Position numbers and translations under genes: made by a program. The notes beneath the pieces were generated by a model. It ran no database searches. It saw only the letters and a program-made list of their open reading frames with translations, and had not been told where the DNA came from. A stretch of 64,000 bases of DNA from Euprymna scolopes (taxonomy: Eukaryota). Position 1 is the stretch's first letter, and the number at the start of each line of letters is the position of its first letter. The DNA is taken from assembly GCA_053919585.1 (NCBI GenBank), contig CM132788.1. One strand, written 5' to 3'. Positions 1 through 12,600 of this stretch are shown piece by piece.

Positions 1-529
1 TCTGAGTTTCTCGCTGACTGACTTCTTTTACTCTAAAGTTTTTTTCTATCCCTAGAACTTACTATTTTCCGTGACGTCATACACATGTTAAAACATATGC
101 CTTCTTTCACGTGTTCTGGACATGCGTGTCCAAAACTTTTCCTATTTCTACAAAAAGAATTTTAACCTATACTCAGTAACCTATTTTTCCAATATGTTAA
201 AAACATTATCTTATAAGCTGCATTCTTTCAATTTAAAATTTCATAACAAACTTGACAGTTCACATTCTTTTCTTGAAATATTTTATCTCTATTCTAAACA
301 AACGTTTGTTTTACATTTTTAAATTCTCACACGTAATCTATTTCTAAACCTAAATTACGAGGTTCGAATTTCGTCTATTGCTATTTCATTTTCATTTTAA
401 CTAATCTCTATTTTTATACTTACATGAAAAGGGGACAGCCCTTATCATGTAACATAATTGCACAGTTTGATGCCAGTATGGAAACTCTATACATCACCAT
501 CCGTTTGCTATACTTACGCGAATTTTGTC

Positions 530-910
530 CCAAGGGCGCAGTCTACAGTTCCATCTTTGTCACAGACTATTTGACGAAAATGGGCATCAAGATAGTTCCT
601 CATCCTCCATATTGTCCATGCCTTGCTCTCTGTGACTTTTGCTTGTTCCTTAATCTCAAGGAAAACCCCTAGAGGGTTATGAGACAATTGAGGAAATGAA
701 AAAGGGTCATTGACACACTCACACAATAGGACTTCAATAGAAGTTGTTGGAATGGTACGAATGGAGAGGAATTCTTCAAATGGAACTAGAATGTCACGTG
801 ATATCAATAAAAGAATGTCACGTGATATCAATAAAAGAATGTCACGTGTGTAATATCAAAAAAAGTACCCACACGAAAAAAATCTGCAAACTTATTGAAG
901 GCCACTCGTA
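530..910 (+). mobile_element. Decayed mariner (DD34D) transposon, 3' part with right TIR
   Basis: Translation VTDYLTKMGIKIVPHPPYCPCLALCDFCLFLNLK matches the mariner HPPYSPDLAPCDFxLFPxLK motif. It ends in aaacttattgaaggccactcgTA, which resembles the reverse complement of a TAcgagggtg-type mariner TIR. Confidence 0.85.
788..848. repeat. 24-bp tandem repeat (agaatgtcacgtgatatcaataaa) x2.5 inside the mariner remnant
   Basis: Read directly; it produces the ECHVISIK repeat in the ORF track. Confidence 0.9.
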
Positions 911-2626
911 TTTGAAAAATATTTTTAAAATAAACTATTTTTTAAAAGCTAGTGTTTCTTTGTTTACTTATTTTCATTTCAAACAAGACGATTATGAACG
1001 TAAGGAACTATTATATGAGATCGAGTCTAGCAGTTGAGCGAGACGAGTTAAACAGCGAAATATGTATTCACATTACATTTAAATATCTTCTCGTTATTAT
1101 TATCAGAAAAGCAGGAAACAGGAAGGGAATTTCGAAGTTTAGCAATTCGAGGGAATAAGCAAGGCTTTCTGTTGTCTAGATATCTGAACAGTGAAGGGGT
1201 GGAATTTGGTTGCTTGTCGGATTAGACGGAAATACGTACGTCTAGCGGATACAAGTGTTATTGTTATATTGCCAGGTTCTGTATAACTTGGAGTGGTGTA
1301 TATTATGTACGTAACGCGTGTATAAATTTTGTATGTATATAATTGTTGCACCAAATTATGCAGATGGTTACGTTGTCAGTGACAGATCAAATCTTATAAT
1401 CATATAACTTGTGTTTTGATGCTGACACAAAAGGATGACGTTGACGTATTGACAATATGGTTACAGATGGGGAAGACAATTAAGTGTACAAACGAATGCG
1501 TGTACATAACGACGAGAGGAAGAGGGGTTCTTTGATTAATGACAAAGAGGGGGTCTATCATAGCAGTCTATATAATAGACCGCCTGTACATTTAAGATGT
1601 CAGATGATGATGGTATGTTACACAGTTGTGGAATGTGCATGCAAACCCGTTTAAAACGACAAATATCCACATACCTGGTGGTTCAAAAACGACATGATGC
1701 AACAGTGTTATTTATATATAACAACAAGCATTCTCTGGTTCCGGTCGGCCATCTTTACAGATTACAACGTTCTGTTCACATTTTGGCTATTTGGGAATAC
1801 GTCGCTTCCTAGCGTCAAAAGAGAGATTAACTTTCCCCCCTCTTCTGAGTCTCGTCTCGATTATCTGATGTCTCCTCTTCAACTCTCCTCTTTCAACTCT
1901 AACTTGCTTGTATATATCAAAACTAATCCTTTGTGCTTACGTTATTCGACTTTATAAAGACTGCAAAGGTGACTTATCAGTCACGCTTTCTCTGACCAAA
2001 TTTATTGTCTTTATCCCTGGGTTGAAAACCTATTTTGTTTATTATTTGACATAGCTCTTCATTTGTTTATCGTTTCTAAGATCTCGACTGCATTCCAAAA
2101 CTTATAAACATTATTTGTCCTTGTAACGCAATCTAATTTTCATACCGATAATCATAACAATTTTCTTTCATAATGCTAAATTCTTTAAGTAAATATTTAA
2201 CTTTTAATAATAAAAGTCGATCTTATAAGCGACTATTAGCAATACGTTTTCCGACGTTTTCCGGGTGGCTATCATAACACTATCAGTTCATCAGAACATA
2301 TTCTATTACAGTACTTGTAAAACATGTACAAAATACAATATTGCGGCGATGGGACAGAAGGTGGAGCTTGGTCGATAGTGTGGAGCTTTTATGTTTCTTT
2401 CTACAGATATTTAATTGTACTAAACCTACTTTTGCCGATCTAAACCTAAAACTTCAGCTTAGTTTAAGGTAAAGTAACAGTTAGGTTAGGGTTAAAAAGT
2501 ATCGTTTGCTTCGAATTCTATTGAAGTACAAACTGAATTTCAAACTAAAAACATTCCAATCATAAAGGAAAAGTTTGATTTTATTATTTGTAATTAGAAC
2601 AATCAATTTATTTACGGACTACTATT

Positions 2627-2765
2627 CTTACCTTTATAGTTGTTGTTTCACGACGTTTCGGCCAACTATTCCTTTGGTCTTCGTCAGGTGGGTAACCGCG
2701 ACGGGCTAGGAATGCCAGAGGAATAGTTGACCGAAACGTCGTGAAACAACAACTATAAAGATAAG
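2627..2765. repeat. 47-bp inverted repeat with 45-bp spacer, probably inverted Penelope-like pseudo-LTR fragments
   Basis: 2627-2673 is the reverse complement of 2719-2765 with 2 mismatches. Confidence 0.9.
2649..2690 (-). ncRNA. Minimal type I hammerhead ribozyme-like motif (Penelope-like element type)
   Basis: The minus strand reads CAC-CUGACGA-A-GACCAA-aggaauag-UUGGCC-GAAA-CG-UC-GUG. It has both core boxes, stem II with one mismatch, a GUC cleavage triplet, a 3-bp stem I (CAC/GUG) and palindromic ACGU in place of helix III. Confidence 0.65.
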
Positions 2766-2829
2766 GATAAGTGTCTGCAAACAAAAAAAAAATAATAAAA
2801 ATATATGCAAATTACTCCTCTCAAAGAAT

Positions 2830-2967
2830 NNNNNNNNNNNNNNNNNNNNNNNNNNNNNNNNNNNNNNNNNNNNNNNNNNNNNNNNNNNNNNNNNNNNNNN
2901 NNNNNNNNNNNNNNNNNNNNNNNNNNNNNNNNNNNNNNNNNNNNNNNNNNNNNNNNNNNNNNNNNNN
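2830..2967. other. Assembly gap (138 N)
   Basis: Run of N. Confidence 1.
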
Positions 2968-3646
2968 TTAATTTTTTAAAATCAGCACAAATAATCAATC
3001 GTCAAATGTAAATCATCCGACCTAAATTATAATGAGGAACTGTTGTTTTTTTAATTTTACAAAATGGATTGTAAATTTCCGATTCCAAAATCGGAAGCCA
3101 TTCCCAAGTAAACTTTTTCTACTCCCCCTGTACACAAATATTTCATAATTATAAGTAAAATTTTAATTAATTTTATTTGATCCCAAACGGTTCATTTTAG
3201 GATAACATATGACAAGGTTTTGCAACCACCATATAAATTAAGTTTTGGTTCAAATTCCATAAAATATACTTATTGATTTCAGGCACACTGCAACTTTTGA
3301 TTGTTGACAGAAATTGGGATTTTTTTTATTTTGGAGAAATTAATAAAATCGAGAAACACAAACAACAAATGCCTCTTTCAGTATAACTAAAACAGAAAAT
3401 TCTTGAGGTGTGTGTTCCTGGTTTTTACTAATCTCTTCATAGTAAAATTTGCCAAGTATCGTATTGCAACTTCACGAACATCTTAAAATCTTCACCAACA
3501 ATATTAATATTTATTAGCAATGAATTGCTTTTGTAATGTTAAAAAGTATTGCAGGCGTTGATTAAAATTCTGTCTTCGATGTTGTAATAAATAAATATAA
3601 AATCAAAAGAATAAACAATATACGATTTTGTTGTTTTCAGTAGTTT

Positions 3647-6600
3647 TCTCAGTTCTTTCTATAATCTGATTAATCTCAGTTCTTTCTATAATCTGATTAA
3701 TCTCAGTTCTTTCTATAATCTAATTAATCTCAGTTCTTTCCATAATCTGATTAATCTCAGTTCTTTCCATAATCTGATTAATCTCAGTTCTTTATATAAT
3801 CTGATTAATCTCAGTTCTTTCTATGATCTGATTAATCTCAGTTCTTTCTATAATCTCATTAATCTCAGTTCTTTCTATAATCTAATTAATCTCAGTTCTT
3901 TCTTTAATCTAAATTATCTCAGTTCTTTCTATAATCTGATTAATCTCAGTTCTTTCTATAATCTGATTAATCTCAGTTCTTTCTATAATCTCATTAATCT
4001 CAGTTCTTTCCATAATCTGATTAATCTCAGTTCTTTCTATAATCTCATTAATCTCAGTTCTTTCTATAATCTACTTAATCTCAGTCCTTTCTATAATCTA
4101 AATTATCTCAGTTCTTTCTATAATCTGATTAATCTCAGTTCTTTCTATAATCTGATTAATCTCAGTTCTTTCTATGATCTGATTAATCTCAGTTCTTTCT
4201 ATAATCTGATTAATCTCAGTTCTTTCTATAATCTAATAATTCTCAGTTCTTTCTATAATCTCATTAATCTCAGTTCTTTCTATAATCTCATTAATCTCAG
4301 TTCTTTCTATAATCTAATTAATCTCAGTCCTTTCTATAATCTGATTAATCTCAGTTCTTTCTATAATCTGATTAATCTCAGTTCTTTCTATAATCTAATT
4401 AATCTCAGTTCTTTCTATAATCTCATTAATCTCAGTTCTGTCTATAATCTAAATTATCTCAGTTCTTTCTATAATCTCATTAATCTCAGTTCTTTCTATA
4501 ATCTAATTAATCTCAGTTCTTTCTATAATCTGATTAATCTCAGTTCTTTCTATAATCTCATTAATCTCAGTTCTTTCTATAATCTCATTAATCTCAGTTC
4601 TTTCTATAATCTAATTAATCTCAGTTCTTTCTATAATCTAATTAATCTCAGTTCTTTCTATAATCTAATTAATCTCAGTTCTTTCTATAATCTAATTAAT
4701 CTCAGTCCTTTCTTTAATCTAAATTATCTCAGTTCTTTCTATAATCTCATTAATCTCAGTTCTTTCTATAATCTAATTAATCTCAGTTCTTTCTATAATT
4801 TAAATTATCTCATTTCTTTCTATAATCTAATTAATCTCAGTTCTTTCTATAATCTAATTAATCTCAGTCCTTTCTTTAATCTAAATTATCTCAGTTCTTT
4901 CTATAATCAAATTAATCTCAGTTCTTTCTATAATCTGATTAATCTCAGTTCTTTCTATTATCTCATTAATCTCAGTCCTTTCTATAATCTCATTAATCTC
5001 AGTTCTTTCTATAATCTGATTAATCTCAGTTCTTTCTATAATCTAATAATTCTCAGTTCTTTCTATAATCTCATTAATCTCAGTTCTTTCTATAATCTCA
5101 TTAATCTCAGTTCTTTCTATAATCTAATTAATCTCAGTCCTTTCTATAATCTGATTAATCTCAGTTCTTTCTATAATCTGATTAATCTCAGTTCTTTCTA
5201 TAATCTAATTAATCTCAGTTCTTTCTATAATCTCATTAATCTCAGTTCTTTCTATAATCTAAATTATCTCAGTTCTTTCTATAATCTCATTAATCTCAGT
5301 TCTTTCTATAATCTAATTAATCTCAGTTCTTTCTATAATCTGATTAATCTCAGTTCTTTCTATAATCTCATTAATCTCAGTTCTTTCTATAATCTCATTA
5401 ATCTCAGTTCTTTCTATAATCTAATTAATCTCAGTTCTTTCTATAATCTAATTAATCTCAGTTCTTTCTATAATCTAATTAATCTCAGTTCTTTCTATAA
5501 TCTAATTAATCTCAGTCCTTTCTTTAATCTAAATTATCTCAGTTTTTCTATAATCTCATTAATCTCAGTTCTTTCTATAATCTAATTAATCTCAGTTCTT
5601 TCTATAATTTAAATTATCTCATTTCTTTCTATAATCTAATTAATCTCAGTTCTTTCTATAATCTAATTAATATCAGTCCTTTCTTTAATCTAAATTATCT
5701 CAGTTCTTTCTATAATCAAATTAATCTCAGTTCTTTCTATAATCTGATTAATCTCAGTTCTTTCTATTATCTCATTAATCTCAGTCCTTTCTATAATCTC
5801 ATTAATCTCAGTTCTTTCTATAATCTAATTAATCTCAGTTCTATCTATAATCTGATTAATCTCAGTTCTTTCTATAATCTCATTAATCTCAGTTCTTTCT
5901 ATAATCTAATTAATCTCAGTCCTTTCTATAATATAAATTATCTCAGTTCTTTCTATAATCTAATTAATCTCAGTTCTTTCTATAATCTAATTAATCTCAG
6001 TTCTTTCTATAATCTGATTAATCTCAGTCCTTTCTATAATCTGATTTATCTCAGTTCTTCTTATAATCTGATTAATCTCAGTTCTTTCTATAATCTAATT
6101 AATCTCAGTTCTTTCTATAATCTAAATTATCTCAGTTCTTTCTATAATCTAATTAATCTCAGTTCTTTCTATAATCTAATTAATCTAAGTCCTTTCTTTA
6201 ATCTAAATTATCTCAGTTCTTTCTATAATCTCATTAATCTCAGTTCTTTCTATAATCTGATTAATCTCAGTTCTTTCTATAATCTGATTAATCTTAGTTC
6301 TTTCTATAATCTCATTAATCTCAGTTCTTTCTATAATCAAATTAATCTCAGTCCTTTCTATAATCTGATTAATCTCAGTTCTTTCTATAATCTGATTAAT
6401 CTCAGTTCTTTCTATAATCTGATTAATCTCAGTGCTTTCTATAATCTAATTGATCTAAGTCCTTTCTATAATCTAAATTATCTCAGTTCTTTCTATAATC
6501 TAATTAATCTAAGTTCTGTCCATAATCTGATTAATCTCAGTTCTTTCTATAATCTGATTAATCTCAGTTCTTTCTATGATCTGATTAATCTCAGTTCTTT

Positions 6601-9600
6601 CTATAATCTGATTAATCTCAGTTCTTTCTATAATCTAATTAATCTCAGTCCTTCTATAATCTAAATTATCTCAGTTCTTTCTATAATCTAAATTATCTCA
6701 GTTCTTTCTATAATATAATTAATCTCAGTTCTTTCCGTGATCTTATTAATCTCAGTTCTTTCTATAATCTGATTAATCTCAGTTTTTTCTATGATCAGAT
6801 TAATCTCAGTACTTTCAATAATATCATTAATCTCAGTTCTTTCTATAATCTAATTAATCTCAGTCCTTTCTATAATCTGATTAATCTCAGTTCTTTCTAT
6901 AATCGGATTAATCTCAGTTCTTTCTATAATCTGATTAATCTCAGTTCTTTCTATAATCTGATTAATCTCAGTCCTTTCTATAATCTAATTAATCTCAGTT
7001 CTGTCTACAATCTGATTGATCTCAGTCCTTTCTATAATCTAATTAATCTCAGTTGTTTCTATAATCTGATTAATCTCAGTTCTTTCTATAATCAAATTAA
7101 TCTCAGTCCTTTCTATAATCTAAATTATCTCAGTTCTTTCTATGATCTAATTAATCTCAGTCCTTTCTATAATCTAATTAATCTCTATTCTTTCTATAAT
7201 CTAATTAATCTCAGTTCTTTCTATAATCTAATTAATCTCAGTTCTTTCTATAATCTAATTAATCTCAGTCCTTTCTATAATCTAAATTATCTCAGTCCTT
7301 TCTATAATCTGATTAATCTCAGTTCTTTCTATAATCTAATTAATCTCAGTCCTTTCTATAATCTAAATTATCTCAGTTCTTTCTATAATCTGATTAATCT
7401 CAGTTCTTTCTATAATCTAATACATCTCAGTCCTTTCTATAATCTAAATTATCTCAGTCCTTTCTATAATCTAAATTATCTCAGTTCTTTCCATAATCTG
7501 ATTAATCCTAGGTCTTTCTATAATCTAATTAATCTCAGTCCTTTCTATAATCTAAATTATCTCAGTTCTTTCTATAATCTGATTAATCTCAGTTCTTTCT
7601 ATAATCTAATTAATCGCAGTCCTTTCTATAATCTAAATTATCTCAGTTCTTTCTATAATCTGATTAATCTCAGTTCTTTCTATAATCTAATTAATCTCAG
7701 TCCTTTCCATAGTCTAAATTATCTCAGTCCTTTCTATAATCTAAATTATCTCAGTTCTTTCCATAATCTGATTAATCTCAGTTCTTTCTATAATCTAATT
7801 AATCTCAGTTCTTTCTATAATCAAATTATCTCAGTTCTTTCTATAATCTGATTAATCTCAGTTCTTTCTATAATCTAATTAATCTCAGTCCTTTCTATAA
7901 TCTAAATTATCTCAGTTCTTTCTATAATCTGATTAATCTCAGTTCTTTCTATAATCTAATAAATCTCAGTCCTTTCTATAATCTAAATTATCTCAGTCCT
8001 GTCTATAATCTGATTAATCTCAGTTCTTTCTATAATCTAAATTATCTCAGTCCTTTCTATAATCTAAATTATCTCAGTTCTTTCTATAATCTGATTAATC
8101 TCAGTTCTTTCTATAATCTGATTAATCTGTCCTTTCAATAATCTGAATTATCTCAGTCCTTTCTATAATCTAAATTATCTCAGTTCTTTCTATAATCTGA
8201 TTAATCTCAGTTCTTTCTATAATCTAATTCATCTCAGTCCTTTCTCTAATCTAAATTATCTCAGTTCTTTCTATAATCTTAATTATCTCAGTTCTTTCCA
8301 TAATCTGATTAATCTCAGTTCTTTCTATAATCTAATTAATCTCAGTCCTTTCTATAATCTGAATTATCTCAGGTCTTTCTATAATCTGATTAATCTCAGT
8401 TCTTTCTATAATCTAATTACTCTCAGTCCTTTCTATAATCTAAATTATCTCAGTTCTTTCTATAATCTGATTAATCTAAGTTCTTTCTATAATCTAATTA
8501 ATCTCGGTCCTTTCTATAATCTAAATTATCTCAGTCCTTTCTATAATCTGATTAATCTCAGTTCTTTCTATTATCTAAATTATCTCAGTCTATTCTATAA
8601 TCTAAATTATCTCAGTTCTTTCTATAACCTGATTAATCTCAGTTCTTTCTATAATCTAATTAATCTCAGTCCTTTCTATAATCTGAATTGTCTCAGTCCT
8701 TTCTATAATCTAAATTATCTCAGTTCTTTCTATAATCTGATTAATCTCAGTTCTTTCTATAATCTTATTAATCTCAGTCCTTTCTATAATCTAAATTATC
8801 TCAGTCCTTTCTGTAATCTGATTAATCTCAGTTCTTTCTATAATCTAAATTATCTCAGTCCTTTCTATAATCTAAATTATCTCAGTTCTTTCTATAATCT
8901 GATTAGTCTCAGTTCTTTCTATAATCTAATTAATCTCAGTACTTTCTATAATCTAAATTATCTCAGTTCTTTCTATAATCTGATTAATCTCAGTTCTTTC
9001 TATAATCTAAGTTATCTCAGTCCTTTCTGTAATCTAAATTATCTCAGTCCTTTCTATAATCTAAATTATCTCAGTTCTTTCCATAATCTGATTAATCTCA
9101 GTTCTTTCTATAATCTAATTAATCTTAGTCCTTTCTATAATCTAAATTATCTCAGTTCTTTCTATAATCTCATTAATCTCAGTTCTTTCTATAATCTAAT
9201 TAATCTCAGTCCTTTCTATAATCTTAATTATCTCAGTTCTTTCCATAATCTGATTAATCTCAGTTCTTTCTATAATCTAATTAATCTCAGTCCTTTCTAT
9301 AATCTAAATTATCTCAGTTCTTTCTATAAGCTGATTAGTCTCAGTTCTTTCTATAATCTAATTAATCTCAGTCCTTTCTATAATCTAAATTATCTCAGTA
9401 CTTTCTATAATCTAAATTATCTCAGTTCTTTCCATAATCTGATTAATCTCGGTTCTATCTATAATCTAATTATTCTCAGTCCTTTCTATAATCTGAATTA
9501 TCTCTGTTCTTTCTATAATCTGATTAATCTCAGTTCTTTCTATAATCTAATTAATCTCAGTCCTTTCTATAATCTAAATTATCTCAGTTCTTTCTATAAT

Positions 9601-12600
9601 CTGATAAATCTCAGTTCTTTCTATAATCTAATTAATCTCAGTTCTTTCTATAATCTCATTAATCTCAGTTCTTTTATAATCTCATTAATCTCAGTCCTTT
9701 CTATAATCTTACTCATCTCAGTTCTTTCTATAATCTAATTAATCTCAGTCCTTTCTATAATCTAATTAATCTCAGTTCTTTCTATAATCTGATTAATCTC
9801 AGTTCTTTCTATAATCTAATTAATCTCAGTTCTTTCTATAATCTGATTAATCTCAGTCCTTTCTATAATCTAATTAATCTCAGTTCTTTCTCTAATCTAA
9901 ATTATCTCAGTTCTTTCTATAATCTTATTAATCTCAGTTGTTTCTATAATCTAAATTATCTCAGTCCTTTCTATAATCTAATTAATCTCAGTTCTTTCTA
10001 TAATCTGATTAATCTCAGTTCTTTTTATAATCTAATTAATCTCAGTTCTTTCTATAATCTGATTAATCTCAGTCCTTTCTATAATCTGATTAATCTCAGT
10101 TCTTTCTATAATCTAATTAATCTCAGTCCTTTCTATAATCTAATTAATCTCAGTTCTTTCTATAATCTGATTAATCTCAGTTCTTTCTATAATCTGATTA
10201 ATCTCAGTTCTTTCTATAATCTGATTAATATCAGTCCTTTCTATAATCTAATTAATCTCAGTTCTTTCTATAATCTGATTAATCTCAGTTCTTTCTATAA
10301 TCTAATTAATCTCAGTTCTTTCTATAATCTAAATTATCTCAGTTCTTTCTATAATCTAATTAATCTCAGTTCTTTCTATAATCTAAATAATCTCAGTTCT
10401 TTCTATAATCTAATTAATCTCAGTTCTTTCTATAATCTGATTTATCTCAGTTCTTTCTATAATCTAATTAATCTCAGTCCTTTCTACAATCTAATTAATC
10501 TCAGTCCTTTCTATAATCTAAATTATCTCAGTTCTTTCTATAATCTGATTAATCTCAGTTCTTTCTATAATCTGGTTAATCTCAGTTCTTTCTATAATCT
10601 CATTAATCTCAGTTATTTCTATAATCTAATTAATCTCAGTTCTTTCTATAATCTGATTAATCTCAGTTCTTTCTATAATCTTATTAATCTCAGTCCTTTC
10701 TATAATCTAATTAATCTCAGTTCTTTCTATAATCTAAATTATCTCAGTTCTTTCTATAATCTGATTAATCTCAGTTCTTTCTATAATCTAATTAATCTCA
10801 GTTCTTTCTATAATCTCATTAATCTCAGTTCTTTCTATAATCTAATTAATCTCAGTTCTTTCTATAATCTGATTAATCTCAGTTCTTTCTATAATCTGAT
10901 TAATCTCAGTTCTTTCTATAATCTCATTAATCTACGTTCTTTCTATAATCTAATTAATCTCAGTTCTTTCTATAACCTGATTAATCTCAGTTCTTTCTAT
11001 AATCTCATTAATCTCAGTTCTTTCTATAATCTCATTAATCTCAGTTCTTTCTATAATCTAATTAATCTCAGTTCTTTCTATAATCTGATTAATCTCAGTT
11101 CTTTCTATAATCTGATTAATCTCAGTTCTTTCTATAATCTCATTAATCTAAGTTCTTTCTATAATCTAATTAATCTCAGTTCTTTCTATAATCTGATTAA
11201 TCTAAGTTCTTTCTATAATCTAATTAATCTCAGTCCTTTCTATAATCTAAATTATCTCAGTTCTTTCTATAATCTAATTAATCTCAGTTCTTTCTATAAT
11301 CTAATTAATCTAAGTTCTTTCTATAATCTGATTAATCTCAATCCTTTCTATAATCTGATTAATCTCAGTTCTTTCTATAATCTGATTAATCTCAGTTCTT
11401 TCTATAATCTAAATTATCTCAGTTCTTTCTATAATCTAATTAATCTCAGTTCTTTCTATAATCTAATTAATCTCAGTCCTTCCTGTAATCTAAATTATCT
11501 CAGTTCTTTCTATAATCTCATTAATCTCAGTTCTTTCTAAAATCTGATTAATCTCAGTTCTTTCTAAAATCTGATTAATCTCAGTTCTTTCTATAATCTA
11601 ATTAATCTCAGTCCTTTCTATAATCTGATTAATCTCAGTTCTTTCTATAATCTGATTAATCTCAGTTCTTTCTATAATCTAAATTAATCTCAGTTCTTTC
11701 TATAATCTAATAAATCTCAGTTCTTTCTATAATCTGATTAATCTCAGTTCTTTCTATAATCTCATTAATCACAGTTCTTTCTATAATCTAATTAATCTCA
11801 GTTCTTTCTATAATCTGATTAATCTCAGTTCTTTCTATAATCTGATTAATCTCAGTTCTTTCTATAATCAAAATTATCTCAGTTCTTTCTATAATCTCAT
11901 TAATCTCAGTTCTTTCTATAATCTAATTAATCTCAGTCCTTTCTATAATCTAAATTATCTCAGTTCTTTCTATAATCTGATTAATCTCAGTTCTTTCTAT
12001 AATCTGGTTAATCTCAGTTCTTTCTATAATCTCATTAATCTCAGTTATTTCTATAATCTAATTAATCTCAGTTCTTTCTATAATCTGATTAATCTCAGTT
12101 CTTTCTATAATCTTATTAATCTCAGTCCTTTCTATAATCTAATTAATCTCAGTTCTTTCTATAATCTAAATTATCTCAGTTCTTTCTATAATCTGATTAA
12201 TCTCAGTTCTTTCTATAATCTAATTAATCTCAGTTCTTTCTATAATCTCATTAATCTCAGTTCTTTCTATAATCTAATTAATCTCAGTTCTTTCTATAAT
12301 CTGATTAATCTCAGTTCTTTCTATAATCTGATTAATCTCAGTTTTTTCTATAATCTCATTAATCTACGTTCTTTCTATAATCTAATTAATCTCAGTTCTT
12401 TCTATAACCTGATTAATCTCAGTTCTTTCTATAATCTCATTAATCTCAGTTCTTTCTATAATCTCATTAATCTCAGTTCTTTCTATAATCTAATTAATCT
12501 CAGTTCTTTCTATAATCTGATTAATCTCAGTTCTTTCTATAATCTGATTAATCTCAGTTCTTTCTATAATCTCATTAATCTAAGTTCTTTCTATAATCTA

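Noticed and set aside
2244-2297. Second hammerhead-like string on the minus strand (CUGAUGA...GAAAACGUC)
   Set aside because: I cannot form a convincing stem I or stem II, so it is at best a decayed copy.
2753-3011. ORFs spanning the N run
   Set aside because: Artefacts of the assembly gap.
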